Shown: positions 6,673-16,438 of the stretch, one piece after another | How the letters are laid out: every line of letters begins with the position of its first letter | Numbering within the stretch: position 1 is the first letter of the stretch | Assembly (NCBI GenBank): GCA_041946805.1 | Contig: JBHGBC010000131.1 | Span: 1-17,137, forward strand | DNA length: 17,137 nt | Reading direction: 5' to 3' | DNA from: a bacterium | GTDB lineage: Bacteria; Hinthialibacterota; Hinthialibacteria; Hinthialibacterales; Hinthialibacteraceae | Notes under the pieces: generated by a model | What the model was told of the DNA's origin: nothing | Databases searched by the model: none | What the model saw: only the letters and a program-made list of their open reading frames with translations | Translations under genes and position numbers: made by a program

Positions 6673-8994
6673 ATGAGCAGAATTACTTCACTGCGTATTC
6701 TTATTTCGCTATGGTTCGCGGTTGGCGGTTTATCCCGCCCGGCGGCCTCCCAGCCGGACCCGGCAGAATCCCCCGCGGCCATGGAATCATCCGCCGTTGC
6801 CTCGGAGACTCCCGCCGCCGCCACCCGCGCGCTATATGTCCTAGATCTAGAATCGTACTTAACTTTGCATCCCGAAAACAAGATTTGGCAGTATGATGTC
6901 ATCAATCTGGTTACCGCTCTCCAGGGACTCGTCAACCGGGATGAACCCCAGTTGTATGTCCTCTACGTGAGGGATCGCTTATCCTCCAGCGGCATCAACA
7001 TCGACCGTTTCTGGCTCGAAAAAATTCATGGCGGCCGTGGTTTTTTGGCGGATCATGAACTCATCCCCATCGACTCGCTGGAAGAGCTTCTGCGGATTTT
7101 CCGGAGTTATTTTTCCGCCATCGTGCTCTGGGATCCCAAACTGCCCGCCACCGGCAATGTCGCGTTGACCGTAGCGGGCGCGGACGGCATGCTGCCCATC
7201 CGCCACGATCCTTCTCCCGATTCGCTTTACAGTCAGTTGGTCTCGGGCGGTCCGCGCCTGCCCGTCCAGGTCCGCCTCTCCGACAAGTTCACTGCCGTCA
7301 ACAAGATTCCCGACACCAGCCTGGACACAACCACCACGCCCAAAACCGACGCGTACATCTGGGCCAAATCCCTATACCTGGAAAGCGGCGCGTGTTCGCC
7401 CGAGTTTCTCGGCTTTTTCCCCGATCCCGCCGATGAGGATCCGCGCGCGCCCGGTTATCAATATCCCGACCTTCAGAAGTGCATGATCGTCAACCGCGAT
7501 TATTACATTGCCCGCAAAGCGTTCTTTCTCGATCTGGATCCCTGGTGGGATGAACCCGCCACGGATGGTCCCAAGAATCCGTTCTTCACCGGGATCGATC
7601 AAAAAATCCTGCTGGATATTTTGAAATCCGCTCATGAACGCACGGCCAGTGGAGAACGTATGATCCAGGCGGGCGGCTTCGTCCCCTGGTGGTTCAAGTA
7701 CAGCAACGCGGAGGGCGGTACCGGGAAACACACCCCCGAGGAGACCGCCGAGGAATTCCTCGGCGCCCTCTCCGCATTCAACGGCATCCTCGACGCCGAC
7801 GGCGCTCCCTTCCCCGCCATCGCCAACGCCTCGGTTTTTCAGCATTTCCCCGGCAAGGAGCGCTATTTCCAGAATCCCGTCCCCCCCGCCCGGCCGTTGG
7901 AGAAAAAGAACTATCTCCTCTTCGTCATCGGCGCGTTCCAATCTTCCGCCATGCTCTACCAGGCGGTCCCATTCCTATGGAACGATCTTTTCCGGGGCGA
8001 GATTCCCATCGCCTGGGCGGTTTCTCCCTTGTTGAGTGAGCGCGTCCCCCACATTTTCGACTACTTGTACGAGACCCGCACACCCAATGATTATTTCGTC
8101 TCCGGCGGCGCGGGGGCGGGATTGTGTTTCATCAACCGTTTATCCCCTCCCAACCGTCCCTCCGAACTGGGCGACGCGCTGCCCCTCTGGATTGACTTTT
8201 CCAAGGCGCTTTACCGCCGCTTCGATCTCCACGCCACCGTGGCCGCCGACTTGCGCCGCGAAAGCCGGAATACGGTATTCACGGAACTCCTGCAAACCGC
8301 ATTCATGACTTTCTCCCCCCAGGGCGTGGCCACTCTCAAACCGTTTCAAACTCCCCTGGCCGGCAACCTGATTCCCTTCATCCAGGAAACCGCTTATTTT
8401 CCGAATAAGCTGCTGCCTCTCGACCAGGCGGCCGAAACCATATTCCAGGCCAGCGCCGCGGACAAACCCACCTTCCAGGTCTACCGTTTCAACCTGGCCA
8501 ATCCCACCGCCCTGGTACAGCTCTACCAGCGGCTGCAGGCCTCGTCCACGAAATTCCAATACGAACTCACCGATCCCTATACCTTCTTTTACCTCTTGCG
8601 CCAACATCTCGCCCCGGACGATCCCACCGCCAATGCCCTCATCCCCGCATACCTGTCGCACACCATCCCCATCGTGATGCAACCGGGCGCCACACTGCCC
8701 GCCACCGTCGATCTGCGCAACGACGGCTGGGATATTTGGAACGGACCGGAAACTCCGGCCGGCCGCCGCTGCCGGTTGACCTACAGCTGGATATACGAGG
8801 GGGAAACCACCGCCACTCCCGGACTGCATCCCGCGTACATCGAAGGCCCCGTGCCCCCCGGACAACCGGTCCGGGTCTCCCTCCTGATCGTGGCCCCGGT
8901 CCGCGCGGGACTCTACCGCCTGATCTTGCAATTCGAACAGGAAAACGTCCGCGCCTCCTACCTGGAAGATGAAATCCGGATCCTCGTGAAATAA
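6673..8994 (+). CDS. Secreted GxGYxYP-family putative carbohydrate-active protein with a C-terminal Ig-like domain
   Basis: Signal peptide; ALQGLVNRDEPQLY; WDP..PAT.NVA.T.AG; IPIAWAVSP.L..R.P.IFDYLYETRTPNDYFVSG..GAG; C-terminal LRNDG...W...L.Y.W...VPPGQ...AP...G.YRL. SD GGAG before the ATG at 6673. Confidence 0.7.
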   Translation: MSRITSLRILISLWFAVGGLSRPAASQPDPAESPAAMESSAVASETPAAATRALYVLDLESYLTLHPENKIWQYDVINLVTALQGLVNRDEPQLYVLYVRDRLSSSGINIDRFWLEKIHGGRGFLADHELIPIDSLEELLRIFRSYFSAIVLWDPKLPATGNVALTVAGADGMLPIRHDPSPDSLYSQLVSGGPRLPVQVRLSDKFTAVNKIPDTSLDTTTTPKTDAYIWAKSLYLESGACSPEFLGFFPDPADEDPRAPGYQYPDLQKCMIVNRDYYIARKAFFLDLDPWWDEPATDGPKNPFFTGIDQKILLDILKSAHERTASGERMIQAGGFVPWWFKYSNAEGGTGKHTPEETAEEFLGALSAFNGILDADGAPFPAIANASVFQHFPGKERYFQNPVPPARPLEKKNYLLFVIGAFQSSAMLYQAVPFLWNDLFRGEIPIAWAVSPLLSERVPHIFDYLYETRTPNDYFVSGGAGAGLCFINRLSPPNRPSELGDALPLWIDFSKALYRRFDLHATVAADLRRESRNTVFTELLQTAFMTFSPQGVATLKPFQTPLAGNLIPFIQETAYFPNKLLPLDQAAETIFQASAADKPTFQVYRFNLANPTALVQLYQRLQASSTKFQYELTDPYTFFYLLRQHLAPDDPTANALIPAYLSHTIPIVMQPGATLPATVDLRNDGWDIWNGPETPAGRRCRLTYSWIYEGETTATPGLHPAYIEGPVPPGQPVRVSLLIVAPVRAGLYRLILQFEQENVRASYLEDEIRILVK

Positions 8995-9274
8995 GGCTCT
9001 TCCGGATTCGGCGAATATTACCCAGATTTGCTCTAGATCGAAAAATGGGAAGCCTGACTCTTTCAAACCGGTCCAGGCCTTCCTACCCTCTCCTCCCGGC
9101 CCAGGAAATGGCCGCGATCAGGATGGTCTGAAAGCGCAAGAGGAAGTGAATGAAGGAGGGAGTATGAAAAAACCAGCCTAGGTTTTGTCGAGTTTTTCCA
9201 AGGTGATATAAAACAAGTCTATGGAACTACCATTCCGGTCGCATGCCTGTCCGGTATGGCACTCTTTCCGAACG

Positions 9275-9374
9275 ACTCTCACCCTGGCCCTCTTCCAGAG
9301 GGAGAGGGAATTATTCCTTTACCCCCTTTCTGTACTACTCTCACCCTGGCCCTCTTCCAGAAGCAGAGAGAATT
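9275..9374 (+). repeat. Two tandem REP-like units (25-nt identical core ACTCTCACCCTGGCCCTCTTCCAGA, period 62)
   Basis: Copies start at 9275 and 9337. The first forms the hairpin CCCTCTTCC-aga-GGGAGAGGG; the second has a degenerate right arm. Confidence 0.8.
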
Positions 9375-9622
9375 GGTGCGGGCTCTCACCAATCAGCCTA
9401 ATGGGTGTCCGGCCACGCGTTCGGAAAAGTGTGCGCGCGTGCCGGATGAACCTCAGATTCTCAATTCCATGGAAAAGTTCCTTTCTCCCCTTCACGAGAA
9501 TCTTGTCAGAAGGCGGGCTTTCATCCATCATGGTTGTATCCGCCGGGATCGGCCGGATGCATACGTCGAGCAAAAACCGGAATCGTTGGAATCCATTCCG
9601 CGCAAAAGATGGGGAGGAAACC

Positions 9623-10678
9623 ATGGTGTCCATTTTTTCAAGTTACCGCAACAATCTGGTATTCCAGGTGAGCTGTTTGCTGGGAGTTGTCCTGCTTCTG
9701 GGCAGCCTGGCCGCGTGCCAGCGGGAGCAATCCCCCTCGACCGCCATCCAGACGGGAAACATCACCATCCTGGACACGCGCACCGACCTGACCGACCGGG
9801 CGCGGGCCAAGCAGAACGTCGAGGACACCTTGATCCGTTACCCGGACATCGATTGCCTGGTGGGGCTGTGGAGCTACAACGGTCCGGCGATTCTCTCGGC
9901 GGTGAAGGACGCGAACCAGCAGGGCCAGGTTCCCATCGTATGTTTCGACGAGGAAGAAGACACGCTCCAAGGCATCGCGGATGGGCATATCCACGCCACG
10001 GTGGTGCAACAGCCGTATGAATTCGGGTATCAATCGGTCCGGATTCTGGCGGCGCTGGCCCGGGGGGACAAGTCGGTGATCCCGCCGGACGGGATTTTCA
10101 ACATCCCGGTGAAGATCATCACGAAGGACAATGTCCAGGAGTTCCGTAACAACCTCAAATCGCTGCTGGAGCAGGCGAACGCGCAACCCGCGGCGGCCGA
10201 GCCGGGAGACAAGATCCAGGTGGCGTTTTTGACGAACAATCCCTCCGATTTCTGGCGGATCGCCATGGCCGGCGTGCGCAAGGCGGAAGCCGAGTTCAAT
10301 GCCGCCTGTGATTTTCAAATGCCCCCCACGGGCACCGCGGACGAACAGCAGCGGATGGTGGAAACCTTCATCGCCCGGAAGATTAGCGGGATGGCGATCA
10401 GCCCCAACGACGCGGAGAACCAGATTGACTTGATCAACCAGGCCTGCCAGGTGATGAACGTGATCTGCCACGATAGCGACGCTCCCAAAAGCAACCGCCT
10501 AATGTACGTGGGCACCAACAACTACACGGCCGGCCGGGAAGCGGGCAAGATCATCAAACAAGTGCTGCCCAACGGTGGAGAAATCATGCTCTTCGTGGGC
10601 CGCATGGACGCCCAGAACGCGATCGAACGCCGCCAGGGGATCATCGACGAACTGCAGGGGCTTCCCCTGCCGAAATAA
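9623..10678 (+). CDS. Sugar ABC transporter substrate-binding lipoprotein (RbsB-like), apparently circularly permuted
   Basis: SD GGGAGG before the ATG at 9623; lipobox LAA|C. Contains type I periplasmic binding motifs ([41 protein letters not shown]), but the two halves are in reversed order. Confidence 0.9.
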   Translation: MVSIFSSYRNNLVFQVSCLLGVVLLLGSLAACQREQSPSTAIQTGNITILDTRTDLTDRARAKQNVEDTLIRYPDIDCLVGLWSYNGPAILSAVKDANQQGQVPIVCFDEEEDTLQGIADGHIHATVVQQPYEFGYQSVRILAALARGDKSVIPPDGIFNIPVKIITKDNVQEFRNNLKSLLEQANAQPAAAEPGDKIQVAFLTNNPSDFWRIAMAGVRKAEAEFNAACDFQMPPTGTADEQQRMVETFIARKISGMAISPNDAENQIDLINQACQVMNVICHDSDAPKSNRLMYVGTNNYTAGREAGKIIKQVLPNGGEIMLFVGRMDAQNAIERRQGIIDELQGLPLPK

Positions 10679-10725
10679 GTGAATCCGCATTTCACACGAT
10701 CCACAAATCTATCGGAGCCTGTTCG

Positions 10726-12237
10726 ATGAGCCAACCGGCGGGCGCGTTGCTGGAAGTCCGTGGGATCAACAAACGATTTCCCGGAGTCGTGGCCCTGGAT
10801 GACGTCAGTCTGGTGTTGAACCACGCCGAAGTGCTGGCGGTGATCGGCGAAAACGGCGCGGGCAAAAGCACGCTGATGAAGATTCTGGCGGGCGTGGAGC
10901 GGCCCGACGCGGGGGAAATCCGAATCGAGGGACAACCCGTCACCGTGGATTCTGTCACCCGGGCCACCGAGCTGGGGATCGCGCTGATCCACCAGGAACT
11001 CAACCTCCACGACAATCTGGACATCGGCGCGAACGTGTTTCTGGGCCGCGAACCCCGGTGGTCCCACCTTCTGCCGCTGATCGATTTTCCCACCATCTAC
11101 CGCGAAACCGAAGCCATTCTGAAACGCCTGGGACTGGAGAGTGCCCCCCGAACCCTGGTACGGAATCTGCCGGTCGCGCAGCAACAGATGGTGGAGATCG
11201 CCAAGGCGCTGTCGGTCAACGCCCGGATCCTGATCATGGACGAACCGACCAGCAGCCTGTCGCAGCACGAGACCGTGCAGTTGTTCCGTGTCATTCGCGA
11301 CCTGAAGACCCAGGGCGTGAGCGTGGTGTACATATCCCACCGGCTGGGCGAGGTGAAGGAAATTGCCGACCGGGTGCTGGCCCTGCGGGACGGAAAGAAC
11401 GCCGGCGAACTGGCGCGCGAGGAAATCAACCACGACCACATGGTTAAATTGATGGTGGGGCGCGACTTGGTGCAGTTCTATGTGCATACGCCGCACGTTC
11501 CCGGCGAGACGGTGCTGGAAGTGGATGGCCTGGTGACTCCCGCGCATCCCGCGCACGAGATTCGTTTCACTCTGCGGGCCGGGGAAATCGTGGGCCTGGC
11601 CGGGCTGGTCGGGGCGGGGCGGACGGAACTGGCGCGCGTGCTGTTCGGCGTGGAACCGCCGCTGGCGGGCCGCGTCCGCTTGAATGGCGCCGAAGCGAAC
11701 CTGTCCAGCCCGCGGGACGCGATCCGGGCGGGCATCGCCCTGGTGCCGGAAGACCGGAAGCTACAGGGGCTGATTTTGGAGATGGCGGTGCGCGAGAATA
11801 TTTCCCTGGCGGCGTTGGACCGCCATCAGACCGCCTCCCTCATCCGGCGGGACGAGGAAACGCAACTGGCGCGGCGCCTGACCGAACAGCTGCGGATCCG
11901 TACTCCCTCCATCGAACAGGAAGTGCAGTATTTGTCCGGCGGGAACCAGCAGAAGGTGATTCTGGCCAAATGGCTTTCCCTGCGGCCGCGGATGCTGGTG
12001 CTCGACGAGCCCACGCGGGGATTGGACGTGGGGGCCAAACGGGAAATATATGGATTGATGGAAGAACTGGCCAAGGAAGGGGTGGCCATCCTGATGATTT
12101 CGAGCGAACTGCAGGAGATCCTGGGGATGTCCGACCGGGTGCTGGTGATGCACGAGGGGCGGCTGGCGGGTGAATTGCCCCGGGAAAACTTGAGCGAGGA
12201 GTCGGTCATGCAACTGGCGACGGGAGTGGCGGCATGA
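10726..12237 (+). CDS. Sugar ABC transporter ATP-binding protein (RbsA/MglA-like, two ATPase domains)
   Basis: Walker [20 protein letters not shown], degenerate second Walker [37 protein letters not shown]. Confidence 0.95.
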   Translation: MSQPAGALLEVRGINKRFPGVVALDDVSLVLNHAEVLAVIGENGAGKSTLMKILAGVERPDAGEIRIEGQPVTVDSVTRATELGIALIHQELNLHDNLDIGANVFLGREPRWSHLLPLIDFPTIYRETEAILKRLGLESAPRTLVRNLPVAQQQMVEIAKALSVNARILIMDEPTSSLSQHETVQLFRVIRDLKTQGVSVVYISHRLGEVKEIADRVLALRDGKNAGELAREEINHDHMVKLMVGRDLVQFYVHTPHVPGETVLEVDGLVTPAHPAHEIRFTLRAGEIVGLAGLVGAGRTELARVLFGVEPPLAGRVRLNGAEANLSSPRDAIRAGIALVPEDRKLQGLILEMAVRENISLAALDRHQTASLIRRDEETQLARRLTEQLRIRTPSIEQEVQYLSGGNQQKVILAKWLSLRPRMLVLDEPTRGLDVGAKREIYGLMEELAKEGVAILMISSELQEILGMSDRVLVMHEGRLAGELPRENLSEESVMQLATGVAA

Positions 12238-13256
12238 AAAAAGTCATGGGGATTTTGGTACTTTTGCTGGTTGTGATGGGAGTGACGGCCGCCATCGATC
12301 CCAAATTCCTGCAACCGTTCAACCTGCAAAACATCGCCCGCTGGACCGGCATGTACGGCATCATGACCATCGGCGAAGCATTCGTCATCATCACCGGCGG
12401 CATCGACTTGTCGGTCGGTTCGATCGTCGGGCTGGTCGGATCGCTGCTGCCCATGTTCGTGCGGACCCTGGGCATACCGGTGTGGCTGGCGCTCCTGATC
12501 CTCATGGGGATCTCGCTGGGCATCGGTTTGGTCCACGGCTTGTTGATCACGCGCCTGCGCCTGCAGCCCTTCGTGGTGACGTTGTGCGGATTGTTCGTGT
12601 ACCGGGGGATCTCACGGTATCTGACCGGCGACGCCACCCAGGGATTCGGCACCGGTTTTCAAAGCCTGCGGTTTCTGGCCAGTGGAACCCCCTTCCCGGT
12701 CCCCTTTCCCGGGATCGGCTGGCTGTCGGTTCCCATGCCCTTCCTGCTGTTTCTCGTGGCAGCCGCACTGGCCGGGATCTTTTTGAATCAATCCATTTAT
12801 GGACGCTACCTGATGGCCCTCGGACGCAACGAACAAGCGGCGCGCTACAGCGGCGTGAACACTAGCCGGATGATCCTGACCGCCTATGTGTTATCCGCCC
12901 TGACCGCGGGCTTTTCGGGGATATTGTTCGCCCTGGACCTGAATTCCGTGCAACCCTCCGGCCAAGGCAACTTCTTCGAGCTGTACGCCATCGCCGGGGC
13001 GGTGCTGGGGGGATGCAGCCTGCGCGGCGGGGAGGGCAGTATCCTGGGTGTGGTGATCGGCACGGCCATCGTCCGCGTGTTGTACAACGCGATCAACATC
13101 CTGGGCATCGCCACGCAGCTGGAATTCGCGGTCATCGGCGCGGTCATCCTGGCGGGCGTCTCGGCGGATGAAATCCTCAAGCAATACACCGCCGCCCGCA
13201 AGGCGTCGCGTGAAGCCAAAATCCATCTCCACGCGGCCGAACCGGGGGGAGGGTGA
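12234..13256 (+). CDS. Sugar ABC transporter permease (RbsC-like)
   Basis: [39 protein letters not shown] and [23 protein letters not shown] overlap with the ATPase stop codon. Confidence 0.95.
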   Translation: MKKVMGILVLLLVVMGVTAAIDPKFLQPFNLQNIARWTGMYGIMTIGEAFVIITGGIDLSVGSIVGLVGSLLPMFVRTLGIPVWLALLILMGISLGIGLVHGLLITRLRLQPFVVTLCGLFVYRGISRYLTGDATQGFGTGFQSLRFLASGTPFPVPFPGIGWLSVPMPFLLFLVAAALAGIFLNQSIYGRYLMALGRNEQAARYSGVNTSRMILTAYVLSALTAGFSGILFALDLNSVQPSGQGNFFELYAIAGAVLGGCSLRGGEGSILGVVIGTAIVRVLYNAINILGIATQLEFAVIGAVILAGVSADEILKQYTAARKASREAKIHLHAAEPGGG

Positions 13257-13283
13257 AAAAAAACGCGCCGGGGCGCGTTTTTT
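13256..13283. terminator. Bidirectional intrinsic terminator between the permease and ferritin genes
   Basis: AAAAAAAA-CGCGCC-gg-GGCGCG-TTTTTT, a GC hairpin flanked by A and T tracts. Confidence 0.8.
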
Positions 13284-13318
13284 CGTGATGCCGTGGCCGC
13301 GATGCGACCGGGCCGGGG

Positions 13319-13825
13319 TCAATCCGCTTCGGGAGCGCTGGTGCGGCGGCCCAAAACTTGATCCATCATGAAGAGACCGTTCTTGTTGTCGCCGACCATT
13401 TTCAATTTTTCCACGACTTCGGTGGCGGTCGCTTCCTCTTCCACCTGTTCGTTCACGAACCATTGCAGGAACGAGTGGGCCGCGTGGTCTTTTTCGGCGG
13501 TGGCCAGATCCACGAGGTCATAAATCAGGCGCGTGACTTTTTGTTCGTGCTTCAGCACGTCCTCGAACGCCGCCAGGGGGGAGGCGAAGTCCTTGGGAGG
13601 GGCGTCCACGGCGGCGAGGGTGACGCTCCCGCCCCGGTCGAAGATGAATCCATAAAACTTCATGGCATGCGCGAGTTCCTCCTGGGCCTGGACGCGCATC
13701 CAGCTGGCGAAGCCCTTCAGATTCATCGATTCAAAATAGCCGGAGATGGAGAGATAGAAATAGGAGGAATACAGTTCCGCGTTGATTTGACTGTTGAAAG
13801 CCTTTTGCAATTTTTCACTCAACAT
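13319..13825 (-). CDS. ftnA: Non-heme ferritin
   Basis: QINAELYSSYFYLS, QAQEELAHA.KF, HEQ.VT and FLQWFVNEQVEEE ferroxidase-centre motifs. SD GAGGAG. Confidence 0.95.
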   Translation of the reverse strand: MLSEKLQKAFNSQINAELYSSYFYLSISGYFESMNLKGFASWMRVQAQEELAHAMKFYGFIFDRGGSVTLAAVDAPPKDFASPLAAFEDVLKHEQKVTRLIYDLVDLATAEKDHAAHSFLQWFVNEQVEEEATATEVVEKLKMVGDNKNGLFMMDQVLGRRTSAPEAD

Positions 13826-14039
13826 ACGCTTCTCCTCGCGTGGATAAATTTATATAAAAATATATCTGCTCACCGCCCCGCCGGTAAGGATAGCCGCCTC
13901 CTTCCCGGAGATATCGATTGGCGGACATCATATCATCAATCGCGCCGGGCGATCAATGGTGCGCGCCGCGGAGGCCGCCGGATTACCTGCTTTACAAAAT
14001 ATTCACCCGGCGTTTACAATGCGGCCAGGTGATAATCCC

Positions 14040-14831
14040 ATGAAAATCATCGACGTGCACACCCATATTTTTCCGGATCATGTCGCCCTCAACGCCGTTC
14101 CCAAAATGGCGGAAGAGGCCGGCGTGAGTTACGCGCTGGACGGCCGCGTGACCAGTTTACGGCAATCCATGGACGCGGCGGGCGTCGCGGCCTCGTGGCT
14201 GCAGCCGGTGGCCACCCGCGCGGCCCAGGTGGATTCGATCAACCGCTGGCACGAGGAACTGCGGGACGAACGGCTGATCACCTTCGGCGCATTTCACCCG
14301 GAGTACCCGGATTTGCCCGGATTGATCCGCGATTTGTCCGCCCGGGGATTCCCGGGTATCAAAATCCACCCCGAATATCACAAAATCCAGCCGGATGACG
14401 AGCGCCTGTTCCCCATGTACGAGGCCGTTGTGGAAGAAAACCTGGTCATCCTTTTTCACGCCGGAGTGGACATCGGCCTTCCCACCCTGAACAGCACGCC
14501 CCGGCATTTCGCGCGGCTCCACGGCCGCTTTCCCCAGTTGCGGATGATCCTGGCCCACATGGGCGGTTTCAAGCAGTGGGACGAGGTGTTCGGCGAAATC
14601 GCGGGCCGGGATGTGTATTTCGACACCTCCTACGTGTTCGGGCACATCGGCGACGAGGACTTCGTCCGCCTGGTCCGCCTGCACGGAGCGGAGCGGATTC
14701 TCTTCGGCACGGATTCCCCCTGGGCCGGGCAGAAGGAAGCCCTCGAACATTTGTGCGGTCTGCCCCTTTCGGAAGCGGAAATCACGGGCATCTGCGGCGC
14801 GAACGCGGAACGGATCCTCGGCCGCGGATAA
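14040..14831 (+). CDS. Amidohydrolase superfamily protein (Amidohydro_2 type)
   Basis: IIDVHTH, GIKIHPEY, LFHAG, ILAHMGG, YFDTS, ILFGTDSPW and G.NA.RIL. Confidence 0.9.
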   Translation: MKIIDVHTHIFPDHVALNAVPKMAEEAGVSYALDGRVTSLRQSMDAAGVAASWLQPVATRAAQVDSINRWHEELRDERLITFGAFHPEYPDLPGLIRDLSARGFPGIKIHPEYHKIQPDDERLFPMYEAVVEENLVILFHAGVDIGLPTLNSTPRHFARLHGRFPQLRMILAHMGGFKQWDEVFGEIAGRDVYFDTSYVFGHIGDEDFVRLVRLHGAERILFGTDSPWAGQKEALEHLCGLPLSEAEITGICGANAERILGRG

Positions 14832-14894
14832 GGGAATTCGGCGAATGGCGCGAGGCCCATCCCATCCTGCGACGAAGGGAGGGAAAACCGCGAA

Positions 14895-16286
14895 TTACGG
14901 TTTCGGCCCGATCATCTCTTCCGGACGCACGTAGCGGTCGAATTCTTCTCCGGTCAGGTATCCCAACTGCACGGCGGCTTCCCGGAGCGTCATATGCTCC
15001 TTGTGCGCCTTTTTGGCGATGGCGGCGGCCTTGTCGTACCCGATGCGCGTGTTCAACGCGGTGACCAGCATCAGCGAATTGTTCAGGTTCCGGGTGATCA
15101 CCGCCCCGTTCGCTTCGATGCCCACCGCGCAATTCTGGTTGAACGACTCGCAAGCGTCGGCCAGCAGGCGGATGGACTGCAGCAGGTTGTAGATCATAAC
15201 CGGCTTGAAGACGTTGAGTTGGAAATGGCCGTTGGCGCCCGCGAAGCCGATGGCCGCGTCGTTGCCCATCACCTGCACGGCCACCTGGGTCATGGCCTCG
15301 CATTGCGTGGGATTCACCTTGCCCGGCATGATGCTGGAACCCGGTTCATTCTCGGGGATCAGCAGCTCGCCGATGCCGCAGCGCGGCCCAGACGCGTAGA
15401 GCCGGATGTCGTTGGCGATCTTGAAGAGCGAGGCGGCCAGGGTTTTGAGCGCGCCGCTGGCCTCGACAATCGCGTCGTGGCTGGAAAGCGACTCGAACTT
15501 GTTCTCCGCCGCGACGAAGGGCAGGCCGGTGAGTACGGCGATCTTTTCCGCCACCAACCCGGCAAAACACGGCGGAGTGTTCAATCCCGTGCCGACGGCG
15601 GTCCCGCCCAGGGCCAGTTCGTACAGATGCGGCAGCGTGTTTTCGATCCGCCGGCGGCCGTGTTTCAATTGGGTGACGTAGCCGGAGAATTCCTGCCCCA
15701 GGGTGAGCGGCGTGGCGTCCATGAGGTGCGTGCGGCCGATTTTGACGATACTCTTGAATTTTTCGGCCTTTTCCTCGAACACCCGGGTGAGATCCGCCAG
15801 TTGCGGAAGCAGGCGGCGGTGGATTTCCATCACCGCGGCGATATGCATGGCGGCGGGAAAGGTGTCGTTCGAGGACTGTGACATGTTGACGTCGTCGTTG
15901 GGATGAATGGGACTTTTGACGCCGCGCGGCCGGCCGGCCATTTCGTTGGCGCGGTTGGCGATCACCTCGTTGACGTTCATGTTCGTTTGAGTGCCGCTGC
16001 CGGTCTGCCACACCACCAGGGGAAAATGCTCGTCCAGTTTCCCGGCGATGATCTCGTCAGCCGCCTTCACGATCAGCTCTTTTTTCCCTTCGGGCAGGAC
16101 GCCCAAGTCATGATTCACCAAGGCGGCCGCTTTTTTGAGGATCCCGAAAGCCTTGATCAACTCCAAAGGCATTCTCTCCGTGCCGATCTTGAAATTCATC
16201 AGGGACCGGGCGGATTGGGCCCCGTAATAGGCGGACTCGGGAACCTGCATCTCGCCCATGGTATCTTTCTCGACGCGGAAATTCAT
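14895..16286 (-). CDS. fumC: Class II fumarate hydratase
   Basis: [43 protein letters not shown] and the signature [22 protein letters not shown]. Confidence 0.97.
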   Translation of the reverse strand: MNFRVEKDTMGEMQVPESAYYGAQSARSLMNFKIGTERMPLELIKAFGILKKAAALVNHDLGVLPEGKKELIVKAADEIIAGKLDEHFPLVVWQTGSGTQTNMNVNEVIANRANEMAGRPRGVKSPIHPNDDVNMSQSSNDTFPAAMHIAAVMEIHRRLLPQLADLTRVFEEKAEKFKSIVKIGRTHLMDATPLTLGQEFSGYVTQLKHGRRRIENTLPHLYELALGGTAVGTGLNTPPCFAGLVAEKIAVLTGLPFVAAENKFESLSSHDAIVEASGALKTLAASLFKIANDIRLYASGPRCGIGELLIPENEPGSSIMPGKVNPTQCEAMTQVAVQVMGNDAAIGFAGANGHFQLNVFKPVMIYNLLQSIRLLADACESFNQNCAVGIEANGAVITRNLNNSLMLVTALNTRIGYDKAAAIAKKAHKEHMTLREAAVQLGYLTGEEFDRYVRPEEMIGPKP

Positions 16287-16379
16287 GAGTGATTCTCCTG
16301 GATCGGTTGTATCCGGTGGGACTCCGGTTTGCCAAGTTGAATATTATGGCAGAAATCATGCCGGAAAAGGGAAAGTGAG

Positions 16380-16414
16380 AAAAAAAGAACGGGAGCCTGA
16401 AGGCCCCCGTTTTT
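16380..16414 (-). terminator. Intrinsic terminator after the repetitive gene
   Basis: Minus strand AACGGGGGCC-ttca-GGCTCCCGTT-CTTTTTTT. Confidence 0.75.
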
Positions 16415-16438
16415 CATCATGCTATACACATGGAAGAA

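Noticed and set aside
8140..9066. 308-aa minus-strand ORF, and similar long antisense ORFs at 9638-10471, 10522-11556 and 14994-15881
   Set aside because: They overlap well-supported genes on the opposite strand, have no motifs, and are expected in GC-rich DNA.
9275..9374. Mini CRISPR array (25-nt repeat, period 62)
   Set aside because: Only two units, similarity extends into the would-be spacer, the same unit occurs dispersed at 1-24, and there are no cas genes.
9221..9622. 134-aa N-terminal extension of the binding protein
   Set aside because: It runs through REP-like repeats. The SD and lipoprotein signal define the ATG at 9623.
8995..9622. Replication origin
   Set aside because: No clear DnaA-box cluster or AT-rich unwinding element, and no dnaA/dnaN-type neighbours in the window.
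13826..14050. Fur box or DnaA box near ferritin (GTGGATAA at about 13840; GATAATCCCAT at about 14031)
   Set aside because: Single partial matches, too weak to call.
14847..14872. REP-like remnant CCCATCCCATCCTGCG between the amidohydrolase and fumC
   Set aside because: No partner arm or second copy seen in the window.
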